DNA of 62,723 bases, counting the filler, from Globobulimina sp. (Eukaryota), in the NCBI GenBank assembly GCA_003354225.1. It is 10 parts of 10 records of this genome, joined end to end, with 100 filler letters (N's around TTAATTAATTAA, not from the genome) between each part and the next. Parts side by side here need not be neighbours in the genome. Positions count along the whole stretch, not along the records: positions 31,476 to 37,653 come from PIVH01000346.1; positions 37,754 to 43,929 come from PIVH01000347.1; positions 44,030 to 50,204 come from PIVH01000348.1; 7 more parts are not named here. One strand, 5' to 3'. Positions 31,476 through 44,170 of this stretch are shown piece by piece. Each line of letters opens with the position of its first letter. Within the stretch, counting starts at the first letter, position 1. The notes under the pieces are model-generated. The model saw nothing but the letters and a program-made list of their open reading frames with translations. It made no database searches and was not told the DNA's origin. The position numbers were made by a program, and so were the translations under genes.

Positions 31476-34020
31476 ACGGGATGGTCGCCCGTCACCATAA
31501 TCACTTTGATACCGGCCGATTGACAGCGGCTCACTGCTTCCGGCACGCCGGGGCGCGGCGGATCGATCATGGCGTATAAGCCTATAAACACTAAGCCTTC
31601 TTCCTCGTGGTTGCGGTTAAAGGGCCAGGTCAGTTCCTCTGCCTTGGTGCCACTGAACGTGTACGGCCCTTTCAATAAATGTATCAAACTGCCGCGTTTG
31701 ATGCCGACTTCCAAGAACGAGTTGTCCGGCTCGATCATGCCGAAGTCGCTGAAGCCAATACGTTGCGTCGCCATTGGCATATTGCGCAATTCCGCCTCGA
31801 TGGCCGCATGTAAATGGCGAATAAATAACTTCTCAAATGGGATTTTCTCGCCTTCGTCGTCCGTCGCATTCAACATGATTTTGATCTTTTCGCCTTCGTA
31901 CGCCACGATCACCGCATCTTCGTTGGCCTCGGCGCACGATTCGTCCACTTCGTCGTCATACTTCTGCTCGATGACAGGTTCCATGATGTTGACGTCGTAA
32001 ATGGTGGCATCCAACACCAACTCCGCCAACGCCAACACACGTTCGCCGCGCGCACCTAACGACATCACGCCGTTCAAGACGGTGTCGCGAACCTCGTCGG
32101 TGAGGTCAATCACCTCATCGTCAAACAAATAGCGATCGCATAATTCCAAAATGCGTTCCGGAGCGCCTTTCATTTGCACGAAACAGCGCCTTTCTTTGTC
32201 GCCGTCGTCATAGCCATCGATCTTCACTTCGTTCTCTAATAACATATCCTTCGGCAACTCGTGCACCGACACTTGCCATTTGTTGGTGGAATTGAAGGGA
32301 ATCTCGTGTAATTTGACGTGCTTCGTGCGGGATTCTGGTATATTGATACGATACTCAGCCACGACATGGCCCGCAGAGAACTTCACCATGGCCGCTTCCG
32401 TGGCATTCGCCGTGGGGTCCACTGCCCCGTCGATGAAACCTGCGTTGTTACACAAGGCGCCGCAACGAACCAATTTGAGGAAATCGTTATGGCGCACTTT
32501 GGCATTATCCTTCTTATAAAAATCGCCCAATAACGCGGCCTGCGGATTGTCCGTGTCACACTCGCACTCTTTCAGGTTGTAATAAACGTGCTGACACGTC
32601 ATCACATTGGTGGTCAACGTGCCCGTTTTGTCGCTGCAAATCACCGACGTACTGCCCAGCGTCTCCACGCTCTCCAGATTCTTGACTCGCACATTCTTAT
32701 CAAACATGCGTCGCGCCGTCAAGGTCAGCGACACCGTCACCGTCGCCAACAGCCCCTCGGGCACATTGGCCACAATGATGCCAATCAAAAAGATGACATT
32801 GCGGATGAACGGCGTCTCGTTCACGAAAAAGCCGATGGCGAAGAAGGAGACCCCAAAAGCGATGGCGATGGCCGACACTTTGATCACGAAGTCCTTGATC
32901 TCCTTCGCAATGGGCGTGTCTTCGCCCTCCGTGCTGGCCGCCAACTGGGCCGTGCGTCCCATGAATGTGTTGTCGCCCGTCGCGATTGTAACGCCTCGGC
33001 CCTTGCCGTTGATGATCAACGTGCCGAAGAACAACAAGTTGGACGCCTCGCGAGGGATATCGTCACAAGCTTTATTGTCGCGTTTGCACGGTTCAGACTC
33101 GCCGGTCAATGACGAATTGTCCACTTCCAAATCGGGCGTGGCGGAGATTACGCGAATATCGGCCGGGATGGCCATACCGAGAGTCAACTCGCATATGTCA
33201 CCGGGTACCAATTCGCGAGGATCGATGGATCTTTTGTACCCGTCGCGAGTCACGATCACGTTGGACGGCTTCATGGAGGATAAGGAACCCATCAAATCCG
33301 CAGATTTGCTCTCTTGATAGAACTCGAACGAGCCGGATAAGGTCACCACGCCGGACAGCACGAAGCCTAAATACAAGTTGGTGATGTCGGAGCTGTCGAT
33401 GCCGTACGAGAACCAGCACAAAACGGCTCCGCCCCAGAGCAGGATGTTGAAAAAGCCACCAAATACAGATTTGAGATAGCGCAGCCAGACTGGGTCGTGC
33501 TTGGGAGGGGTCAGTTCGTTGTAGCCGAGCAAGAGGAGCTTCTCCTGGACTGCTGCGGTGGTTAGGCCTTCGGTCAAATGGGTCGAATATTCTATTTCTA
33601 ACTCATCCAATTCTAAGGTATGGGCGACGGTCGTGTAGGCTTTTTTGAGTTCGAGAACGCCCTGTTTTTTGGAGATGCGACCTTTGGCCACACGGCGTTG
33701 CACACTGTCTTTGGCCATAGATTCGCGATGCTTTAAGGCCTCAGCGGCGATGGTGATGCTGCTGGTTCTGCGGTCGATGGAGCGACCGCCAGAGCTTCGA
33801 TATGATTTGAATTGGCCTTGCTGGTTTGGTGGCGGGTTAGAAATTGCATGGTGTATTGTTGTATTTTTATATTAGGGATACGTACGTGGGACGGATGTAA
33901 TAATGGTGTTTTCATGCCGCCTCTGCTGTGTGACGTCATTTGAGCGCCTGCAAGCCGTTTATCCATTGCCTCGAGAGCGCCTGATTGTGCAGAAGCAAAG
34001 CTTGTATCTTCTTCCGACAT
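31476..34020 (-). CDS. P-type ATPase IIC (Na+/K+- or H+/K+-ATPase alpha-like), 3'-truncated
   Basis: ATG at 34020; intron 33885..33821 (phase 0). Motifs VDNSSLTGESEP, IVANVPEGLL, CSDKTGTLT, FNSTNKWQ, MKGAPE, GERVL, IDPPR, MVTGDHP. Confidence 0.95.
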
Positions 34021-34154
34021 GCGGTAGCCACTCAAGAGATTTTGTTTTAATATGTTTTATTTCCAAAAAAGTTTCACAAAATATGATTTAGCGAAAACGA
34101 TTCTATAATATATAATATTAAATATAATAAACGATCTGCATAAGAGTTAGTTGG

Positions 34155-36449
34155 TTAAAGTTTGCTTTTTTGAGTAAAACCATGATTTAATAAAAGATGG
34201 GAAAATGCAACCAACAAAATTGTATAATAAGATGCTCCAAATACTTGATACATTTGCTTTGTTGATTTTGTTAATTGCTCAGTTGCGATATTTTTGCAAC
34301 ATGTAATAGCGCCGCAATCATTGATAATTTTAATAATATTCCTAAGTTCATCCAAATTATTCCCATCACATTTTTTAATTCTTGTCCATAAATTAATTTT
34401 ATCGTTTTTATTTTTAATCAATTTCATTGCATATAATATAGGAAAAGTTACCTTCGATTCAATTATATCTTCACCAATATTTTTTGACAATTTATTTTTG
34501 TTATCACCGATCATAAATACGCCCAATAAATTTTTAACGTCGTCAATAATTTGAAAAGAAGTGCCTAAATTTTCAAAATAATTAGCTATACATTTAAGTT
34601 CATTCTGTGTGATATCAGGTTTTGACGATATTGCTCCAATACATGCTCCGCATGACGCCGGTATTCCTGTTTTAAGGCTGTGTATTTGCTGTAATCTGTT
34701 TATTGCTAAATCTACATTTTCCATACGCATATCGTTAGCATTGCAGATACCATCCATCATATAATCCAAAGTAACACAATCTAATGTTTGTCCAATCCAC
34801 GCTCCTCTATAACAACGAAACACTTGTTGGTAAATCAAATATTGTTGTTTTTCAGATAAATTGTTATCTCTTAGAATAAACTCAGACAAATTAAATGCAG
34901 CATTACCACAATTTATTGCAGTGTTGAGATCATATTTGATATGAACGCATTCTGTGCCTCTTCGAGTTGATGAGTTATCCTGAATGTCATCGATGATTAA
35001 TGAGCCAACATGGGGCAATTCCTGCAATGCAATCAATTGTTGTAAAAAGGTTTGTGTTGGATTCCATTTATTGTTTGCAATATTTCCCGATATAATACAA
35101 CCAAAAGATCGCCATCCTTTTCCTTTCTGTTTTATTAATTCAATGGCGGGGTTTAATAAATTTTTATGCAATACTTTAATATCCAAATCATTATAATCTG
35201 TACATTCAAATCCCGGCAATGTCATCAATTTTGCCAAATGTTTATGATTACCAGCAAAATCATCTATTTTTGGATAAATTGAATGAACCGCAATGTTACA
35301 TAAATAATCTGAAATATTTTTCATTATTTTCGTTTCATTGAAAGAATCAAACAACTTTTTAGAGAATATTTTATAAAATCCTCTTCCATTCATATCGCCA
35401 GCAACATTTATTGGTGATAACCACATTATTTTTTGTAATGAAATATCAACAATTTCACAGTTTATTAATTTATCAAAAACATGTTTTATATTTAATTTTA
35501 ATGGTTTCATACCCATTGCAATACCGTGTATTTCTAATATTAAGTCTGTGTGATATTTATTAAATGTTTTGCTTGATACAAATAATTCTTCCTCTTTTGT
35601 TTCAAACGATATATTATAATTATTCTTGTCAATAATATGTTGAATACCATTGCTGTCAACAAATATTAAATTATTTGAACTGCACTGAATTTCAATGTTA
35701 TTATCCAACTGTAATTGAATAAATATACTATTAACATTGGAAATGTTTGAAATGGATTCTATTTTATGATCATAGCATCCCTTATTATTGCTGTTATCCA
35801 TTATTTTTATTATTTCATCATTTATGTCAATGCTACCAAATATTGCTAAATTTGTAACACTGTATTGATCATTTTGATGTATTATATGAATATTTCCGTT
35901 TTGATATGGTTTAAACATTAAATTGCAATCTACGGCATCATTATCTTTATCTTTGTCTTGATATAATTTGGTATTGATTGTAACGCAATAATTACCATTA
36001 AAGTCCTTTGTTAATATATTTTGATCAATTTGAATAAATAATTTATCATCGCCAAATTTGGTATCATTAATTGCTAAAATATCTGGTTTTGGTATAATTC
36101 CGTGTTTAAGAAAATTTTCATATTCCTTTTCGAAAAATGATTTACTGTTCTTTTTGTTTGATATTCTGTCATATTCTGTTTTTGCAAATCTTTTATCCAA
36201 TACACAATAATAATGCATTTTTTGTTTTGTTTTATCATACAATGATATTTTCATTGAATGCACATATTTAGAATCATTGTATTTATTTGATTCAATTTTA
36301 AATCGAGAAAAACAAATAAAGATTGAGAAATTACTAATTTGTGAATTTGCAAAATTTGTGCATTTACCATCAAAATGACCAGTAAAATACCAACATTCTA
36401 AATTTGATGATTTCTGAGGCAAATCACGTTTAATTAAACCGAAAGGCAT
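34155..36449 (-). CDS. Fusion: N-terminal CrtC/AttH (lipocalin-like) domain plus trans-isoprenyl diphosphate synthase (GGPPS-like)
   Basis: Likely ATG at 36449 (MPFGLIKRDLP). LECWYFTGH resembles the EWWY motif. C-terminal half has GKGWRS, SLIIDDIQDNSSTRRG (FARM), GQTLD, KTG and FQIIDDVKN (SARM). Confidence 0.85.
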   Translation of the reverse strand: MPFGLIKRDLPQKSSNLECWYFTGHFDGKCTNFANSQISNFSIFICFSRFKIESNKYNDSKYVHSMKISLYDKTKQKMHYYCVLDKRFAKTEYDRISNKKNSKSFFEKEYENFLKHGIIPKPDILAINDTKFGDDKLFIQIDQNILTKDFNGNYCVTINTKLYQDKDKDNDAVDCNLMFKPYQNGNIHIIHQNDQYSVTNLAIFGSIDINDEIIKIMDNSNNKGCYDHKIESISNISNVNSIFIQLQLDNNIEIQCSSNNLIFVDSNGIQHIIDKNNYNISFETKEEELFVSSKTFNKYHTDLILEIHGIAMGMKPLKLNIKHVFDKLINCEIVDISLQKIMWLSPINVAGDMNGRGFYKIFSKKLFDSFNETKIMKNISDYLCNIAVHSIYPKIDDFAGNHKHLAKLMTLPGFECTDYNDLDIKVLHKNLLNPAIELIKQKGKGWRSFGCIISGNIANNKWNPTQTFLQQLIALQELPHVGSLIIDDIQDNSSTRRGTECVHIKYDLNTAINCGNAAFNLSEFILRDNNLSEKQQYLIYQQVFRCYRGAWIGQTLDCVTLDYMMDGICNANDMRMENVDLAINRLQQIHSLKTGIPASCGACIGAISSKPDITQNELKCIANYFENLGTSFQIIDDVKNLLGVFMIGDNKNKLSKNIGEDIIESKVTFPILYAMKLIKNKNDKINLWTRIKKCDGNNLDELRNIIKIINDCGAITCCKNIATEQLTKSTKQMYQVFGASYYTILLVAFSHLLLNHGFTQKSKL

Positions 36450-36526
36450 TGTTGCTGGGAACGTTATTTTCCGGAAATTTCCAGTTTTCAATCCACCTTT
36501 GTTATTGTAAAAAATCTGTACTGAAC

Positions 36527-37487
36527 ATGTCAAACATACTAAAAAGGTTATTGCTGTTTTATTACATCTCAAGGGATCATGTAATAAAGGGATCATTTAT
36601 AGCATTTGTAGGATTTAATTTTATTGCATACATGTTAACAAATGATATCAGTGTAGTTATAGATAATTGGAGTATTGGCACAATGTATATGTTTGCCAAT
36701 GCTGCAGTACAATCACAAAATCAATTACAAGATCATCAATCAGATAAAGTAAATAAACGTATGTTTTTTTTAAAATAATATGTTTTTAATTCGGACTTAT
36801 TCGGTTTTTAATATACAATTTATAGCTTATCTACCTCTCCCAAACAAAGAAATAAGCAGAAGAAATTTAAAATTATTTAGCGCATTTTGCTATGCAATCT
36901 CTTTTTTAGTTGCTTTGGGTTATTATGGTATCAATACAATCCAAGCAAAACGAGGGATTTCTCTTATTATTTTAGCCACAGTCTATTCAAAAATACCGTT
37001 TACAACATTTAATCTCAAACAAATCCCCATTGTAAATTCGGTTGTAATTGTTATTTGTCGTTGTTTTATTTATCACAGAGCATTGATTGACGAATTTGAG
37101 CAAAGAAATCCTTCAGAAGATAGCAAGAAAATCATGTATTCATTTTTTTGGATGCATTTATATAATGTGATTGCAGTATGTTTATATAAGGATGTTCCGG
37201 ATATTGAAGGTGATCAGAATGTGGATAAAATTTTAACTTTGCCGATGATTTTAGGTAAAAATATTAGCTGTGGATTATCAACTACTTTGTTGGTAATATC
37301 TGTCTATATTTGTCAATTCAACAATATTTATTTTACTGTTATTGCATCAATTTTTATCATACAACATGTAACCAATCATTATTCAGGAAATTATAAAAGT
37401 GCGTATCTTCAAATTTGGACATTTTATGATGTGTCAATGATTTTATTTTTTATTGACGTGTATATGAACACCATTTTTCTGACATAA
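36527..37487 (+). CDS. UbiA-family prenyltransferase, homogentisate prenyltransferase (HPT/HST)-like
   Basis: ATG at 36527. Removing intron 36759..36825 gives NQLQDHQSDKVNKPYLPL; second Asp motif KDVPDIEGD; multiple TM helices. Confidence 0.88.
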
Positions 37488-37753
37488 ATGTTTTATATTT
37501 AAAGAGGTTTTTGAGTGGGTGTTTGCTTGAAGTTGAAGGGAAGAAAAAACATAATAAATATAAATTACAGATAATTAATAGCAAAATAAAAAAGAAAAAA
37601 CATAATAAAACGTACAATATTAATTTCTAGAAAAAAACATAATAAATTGAGGCNNNNNNNNNNNNNNNNNNNNNNNNNNNNNNNNNNNNNNNNNNNNTTA
37701 ATTAATTAANNNNNNNNNNNNNNNNNNNNNNNNNNNNNNNNNNNNNNNNNNNN

Positions 37754-37824
37754 CTCGACAAACTTGTGGTTACTCGACAAACTTGTGGTTACTCGACAAA
37801 CTTGTGGTTACTCGACAAACTTGT
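37754..37824. repeat. 19-bp tandem repeat CTCGACAAACTTGTGGTTA (3.7 copies, runs into the contig end)
   Basis: Perfect units start at 37754, 37773 and 37792, with a partial unit at 37811. Confidence 0.92.
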
Positions 37825-40800
37825 ATGTACAAACCCGGTGTTGGATATTCTCCGCCATTAAATCCAACGTCAGCAAGCCCCAAATCATCGAACCACTGTA
37901 TATTGATATATTATCCGAATAATTAAAATTATACAACTCATGAATCTTAAATATACGTATACCATAAAAATTATATTTGGTTTGTCTGAAATTTGTTGAG
38001 CTTTGATACCACGCATCAACAACAATAGAACCATTATAATTGTAGACATTATATATATGAGCTATTAAGTAAGGCTTTGGATCCAAACCTAAATGTCGAC
38101 TGTAAAAATTGGTGTTAATTCTTTTTGATTTGCGAATTACGACTTTTGTGTGGTGGAAATGGTTTGATAAGGGAAAGTTTGGTAGTTTGAAGTAAAGTTT
38201 TGCATTTTTCTCCAACATGTTGGCATTTTGATCAGGCTGTTCAATTTGGTGCAACATTCTGATAAGCAACATGTTGTTCAACATGCAGGCATATTAGATT
38301 TGGTGCAGCCAGCTCTTAGACAACATGTTTAACCCACAGTTTTAAAACCCCTGAGAAAGTGTCCACACTCTTGCAAGTTTTATTTTTATTATCATCCATT
38401 ATTAACAGTTGCTGATAGTAATTTATTTCATAGCATTACAACGGAAAATTTAGTTTTATTGGTCTTGTATGGAGAACGAACAGTTAAATTTTATAAAAAA
38501 ACAAAAAAAAGTGTAAAATTATTAAACCAAAATAAATACAATTTGAAAGTAAAATTATTAAACATCAATAATAAATAATGTCAAAATGTGCCATTGACTT
38601 CCAATCATTGCATTACACCATTCAACACCAACAAATATCAAATATAAATGGAAAATAAATAAATACTTAACTCACTCAATGAGATTACGCAAAAAACAAA
38701 ACAAAATCCAATAAAATAACAGCAGCAGCACAGCAACAGCAACGATCGGATCTGATCCTAATAAATCAACGAAATGATGGCCTCCCGGACTAACGAACAA
38801 AAAAGCATACATAATAAAAAAATATATCCAATCAATACATAATACATAGAAAATAAATACAAATATATCATAATACAAAATATATCCAAATAATTAATCT
38901 CTTCCAATAATTCACTTTAAAATACAAAATAGATCAAACAAATAAATTCAATCTAAATATATTTATCTTCACCATAAACAAATATCAAATCCATACAAAT
39001 ATCTCCAAATGCAAAACACCAAAACAATCAATATTTATATCTCAAGCATAGGCACACAAACAACAAAAAGCATCACCTCCTAAACTGACACCTCATGGCC
39101 TGACAAAAACGCATAGACAGACTATAAAAGCGCATCTCAATAAACCCCGCGAGTCAACAGAAAGGAAGGAACTCTCTGTAAGTGACCCACAAATTGTTGG
39201 CAGCCTTTGGCCTGACTTGGTACCAAAATCCATGAACAATACTTTGGAATAAACATAACAAATAACACAGATATACGACGACATAACAAATTATAATATC
39301 ACACATACCTCAACCTCACAATACTTATTACTTATCACTTATTACTATTTATTATGCAAGTTAACAAATTAATAAATAAACCTGCGATTAATAAACAAAA
39401 GCACTTAAAAATATATGCTGAATCAGCTATTCATCAGATCGGAGCGTTGGGTGCAACATGGCTCGGCTTACTCAAAACATGAGGATTTAATGAGGATTTT
39501 TTAATATAATTCATTTCATCCATTCGCGATATGCATTCGATGCATGCACAACATCTACAGCCGAGTTCCTTGCGTACTTTTAAATGAGTGCACAAACAGC
39601 ACTTCGCAACGACGGCGACCGACAGCGCATTTGGAGAACCATTAATTTGTATAGGATATAGTAGTAACATAGTATAGGATATACAGTGTGGAATGGAGTG
39701 GATAATATTTTGGCGGACGATCGCCGGTAACTCAACAAAAGACGACATGTCGACGCGTCGCACGAAACAGTCGACTCTCCACTGCGGAGACCTTAGCAGC
39801 CTTCGCAGAGACAAAGTCGACCAGACCTTAATTAACGAGATATTAATGCAACATGTTCAGATAATGTCGGTGCAGAGGGTTGCATCGTGGTGTTTGAGTT
39901 TGTGTGTTGAGAGTATGGCTGTTTGGGGCGGGCACAGTAGACCGATATCATAAATTCATGGATGACATAGCAAACCTTTAATGAATAACCGTTTGAATAT
40001 TTTGTAAATGTATGATAATATAAATTGATATTTAGCTTCAAAATTGGGTTTCATTTCACATTTATTATCATAGAATTACAAAAAAAGAGCAGCACAATGA
40101 ATGGAATGGAATGGAATGGGATAAACTTAAATTTTGTTCACGAAGCGATGACATTGACATTACAGGAAAAATGAAACATAAAATATGGATTTATTACTAA
40201 TCTAAAATGCCCTCAGCCATAATTTCAAAATGCCAGTTGGGTCAAATGCGCATTTTACTCACAAGGTTGCCGACATAAATGGACAGAGATGTGCGGTCGT
40301 GCTGGTTTGTATGGATCATACCCTTTAAGCATCGCGAGGTATGAGACGCCAATCTGACGCGGAGTGCGTTGGTAATGTCAAATATGGAGAATATCCGAAG
40401 TGATTTCGTGTTTGCGACGATTGAAATATGTCAAATATCATTGATAATGGACGCATTTGGTGGCGGATATTGTGATGGAATGATTGGATGAGGAACTAAT
40501 GGATGAAATCATTAATTATGTTGGATATATGTCACATGCAATGGATTGGTGATTGAGCTAGATCGAGATTCTAATTTGCGATGACCACATAAGGCAAATG
40601 CACCTCAAATTTGTATATCTAATTTTGTTACGCAATGCAATACGAAAATTAATAACGCGCCGAAACTAAAAACGATCTTCGATACAAATGTGTGTGTAGT
40701 ATAAGAATAAGAACAATGCATTACCTTAGGCACGGATTAACGGATAAGACTATGGGATGGAGAGAGAGAGCGGATATCATCACGCAACGGAAAATGCAGA

Positions 40801-41383
40801 GGAAATTAATCAAAAATACGATAATATGATTATGACGTTGGGAATAGATGAAACAGAAAGCAATCTAAATATTTGTATTGTTTTATTGTGTTTTGGTTAG
40901 TATCAAATTGTGTGGGTTTGGCTGATATTTGAGTGGTGGTTGAATGGTATAATATGGCAATGTTTGGCATCTGGTGCAAGGATAAAATATCATCATCAGC
41001 ATCGTCCGAAAAAATCGATTCGTGTTCTTCCTTATTAGTTTTATCCATTAAACAACATAGTTACACAAATAATTTGTGCACTGAAAAGGCAATGAGTTAA
41101 TGGGTAAAATTTGTCATTTGTGTAAAATATTGTTTAATGGGTAATGCGATTTTTGGATTTGGGGAAGGATGGGGGAAAGAGAAAGTTTTTTGTTGATGAA
41201 AGTTTTTCAGAGTGCAAGTGGAATGATTGATTAGCTTCAAAAAAAGACAAAAAAGTAATAATTGTTAAACAATAATATTATACGTTAGTAATATAACACA
41301 AGAATCAAGCAACAAAGAAAAAAAAGGCTAAAAATAACAAGAAACACTTTTATATTCATCACTTGTACTTTGTTGAAAAAATG

Positions 41384-42392
41384 TCAATTTGTATCATGTG
41401 CTGCTTTGTACGGATGTTGGTGAGGATCTCTATGTTTTATAGAAAAATAATCATGAATATCATCACATAAATGACGACAAATTGCATATGTGGTTGGAAA
41501 TAATAAGAGCAATGCAAATATATTGACTGAAGGATTGATTGGTTCTTTTTTTGTATGCGTTTTTGAATCGATTTGGTGATTTTGGTAATAAAACCGATTT
41601 TTGATCAAATAACACGGTTTTATATATATAAAGGACTGAGTGCATAATTTGGATTGCATGGTAGTTGTAAATGATGATATCGATGCGTGAGAACTTGAAT
41701 TTGTTGGCCAATGATACTGTGCAATAAACCATTGTTCCCCAATTTCTATTGATGTAAAATTCTTCATCGGTGCAGGTAAAGCCGGATGGAATTTAGGTTC
41801 AGTCATTGTATAAGACCATACACCCAATGGTTTGATGACAGAATTAAAATATATTTCAGTACTTTGCATTGAATGCGACGATGTATCTATTTTTATTATA
41901 GATCCCCATGAATTACAATCAAAATAAAATGCGCCAAATGATACACCCATCACAAACACTGATGAGACAAATGTACCTAACATTAATATAGATTGACACA
42001 CAGGTCGAGTATGAATAAAATATGATTTCAATGCTTTCACCACATCACACAGTGTGTCAATGTTTGGAGGCGGTGTACTATGATCTTTTGCAGCATCCAC
42101 ATGTATCACTCCATAAGCATCGAAAACTAACAATATAAATACATTGTAGAATGCAGCTGATTGTATTACCCAACCAAAGGTTGTTGTATATGAAAATGCA
42201 ACCGATATAGCTAAATATCCGTTAACAACCAATACAAAATGGTTGGATATCGCAGTAAATGGTTGTTTAAATACATCTTTTGTATTATTTGACATTATGA
42301 CCCTGTAAATGAATGGGATAAAAAATGATGCTACATTTAGCAACACCACCACAACACATGACGTGTAATCATCAACATATGGCCTCCAACGC
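41384..42392 (-). CDS. Multi-pass membrane hypothetical protein
   Basis: ORF 41384-42445 with several hydrophobic segments; likely start MRWRPY; divergent from the ZGPAT-like gene. Confidence 0.55.
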
Positions 42393-42525
42393 ATTATAAC
42401 AATCAGAAAGGTTGGTGTGATACACTGTGATGTTGCGATCAACAAACAAAAGGATGGAGTTGCGAATAACTTTTATGTGTGTGAGTTTTTTTTTTAGTGT
42501 TGAAAGTATATTATTATATCCTGCA

Positions 42526-43929
42526 ATGGCAGATCTAGAAGAAAGAAGACAACGTTTATTATCCATGTTAGCTACTCATCAAAAAAAACTGACCAATATC
42601 GCATCAAACGATCCTAATCCTTGCACAGAACAGCAATCCAAACCATCATACACTATTTATCAATCCAAGACGTATGCTGTATTATACCATCCAAATCAAT
42701 TAGTTTGGGCATACATGAACAATGAATATCATCGTTGCAAAATCATAGAAATCCTCCACCCTAAAAATGCAGCAACAAATGACACTTATAATGATTTGGA
42801 CGAAAACGAAGCAACACCACCGATAGACATAGACACCTCAACTGATTGCAAGACGCCTCCATTGTGCACAGAATTGGATGATAATTGCCAGACTCCTCCA
42901 TTGTGTACACCCGAACCACAACACATGCATAACAACGATAGCATCACTGATGGATTGTGTATTTCATCCGTGCCAATTTATTGTGTTTTATGTTTAAATC
43001 CGCGATACAAACACGATAAGCCATGTACATATTTTATGGATAATCTTAGATGCCAATACAATGAAAATAATAAATGTCTATTCTCTCATGGGTAATATCT
43101 TATTTTTGAGCAATACAAAATATAAAAAACATGTGTTTTTATAGATGGAAAACGCCGCAAGATCGGATTAAAAATATGAGTGAAATAGATATAAATTATA
43201 CGCTAAAAACGACTGATCGATGTCTGGCGAAATGGCATGAAGATAATTTATGGTACAAAGGGAGAATAAATGCGATACATTTAATGAAACATGAGACAGT
43301 TTATGGTGTATTGTTTGATAATTATCCCGATGAGATACACAATGTAACCAAAGATCTGATTGTGCCGTATACCTCGAAATTGGATACATTTAATGATTTC
43401 CATCAAGATGAATCTGCACAAATCCATAGTAATAATGCTACGGATTTTAGTGGAGGGAATATGATGGAATTAAGTTCATCGGAATTTGGCGAATGGCAAC
43501 GACATACAACGGGCATTGGATTGAAATATTTAATGAAATTTGGATATGAAATTGGCGATGGATTAGGTAGGAATAAACAGGGAAGATCTGAGCCTGTGGC
43601 GATTAAGAAAATTAAAAAGAATGTTGGTCTGGATTTTGTCAATGCAAATATTGAACATCATAATGTTAACAATATGAATAAGGTGAAAAAAATAAAAAAG
43701 TTAGATAAGAAAAGGAAATTACGAGTGAATAATGAAGGGAGTAATTGTAAGAAGAATGTGTTTGCGACAATGAATAAGTTGTTTAATGGGAATAAGAGAC
43801 CGGAAAAGAAGCGACGTAAACTGGAGCTGTATGATAATGGGAATGTATCGAAGAGAGATCTAAGTAATGATAAATTAAAAAGGATATCGGAATTGTTGTT
43901 TAGTTTGGAAAATGAGAAATGTTTATTTG
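42526..43929 (+). CDS. ZGPAT-like protein (CCCH zinc finger, Tudor, G-patch), 3'-truncated
   Basis: KPCTYFMDNLRCQYNENNKCLFSHG; intron 43092..43144; CLAKWHEDNLWYKGRI (Tudor); WQRHTTGIGLKYLMKFGYEIGDGLGRNKQGRSEPV (G-patch). Confidence 0.88.
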
Positions 43930-44096
43930 NNNNNNNNNNNNNNNNNNNNNNNNNNNNNNNNNNNNNNNNNNNNTTAATTAATTAANNNNNNNNNNNNNNN
44001 NNNNNNNNNNNNNNNNNNNNNNNNNNNNNTGAATCTGATAAATCGATGCCATTATATATTTAGTATACATTGAACTTGGATTATGCAGCAAAAATG

Positions 44097-44145
44097 TATA
44101 TTTAGCAACGCTCGATCTAATTCTATATTTAGCAACGCTCGATCT
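44097..44145. repeat. 22-bp direct repeat TATATTTAGCAACGCTCGATCT (x2) upstream of a gene
   Basis: Copies at 44097 and 44124, ending 26 nt before ATG 44171. Confidence 0.8.
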
Positions 44146-44170
44146 CCCGAAACGCATCGTGTTGTCTACA

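Noticed and set aside
31569-33419. Multiple plus-strand ORFs overlapping the ATPase
   Set aside because: Antisense shadows of a GC-rich coding strand; the same applies to antisense ORFs at 44261-45718 and 56728-58904.
37754-37824. Telomere repeat or CRISPR repeat
   Set aside because: No spacers, and a 19-bp unit without a typical G-run; only a minisatellite call is supportable.
39434-41048. Protein-coding gene(s) in the middle of contig 7
   Set aside because: Only short, interrupted ORFs with no recognisable motif; this may be a decayed gene but it cannot be supported.
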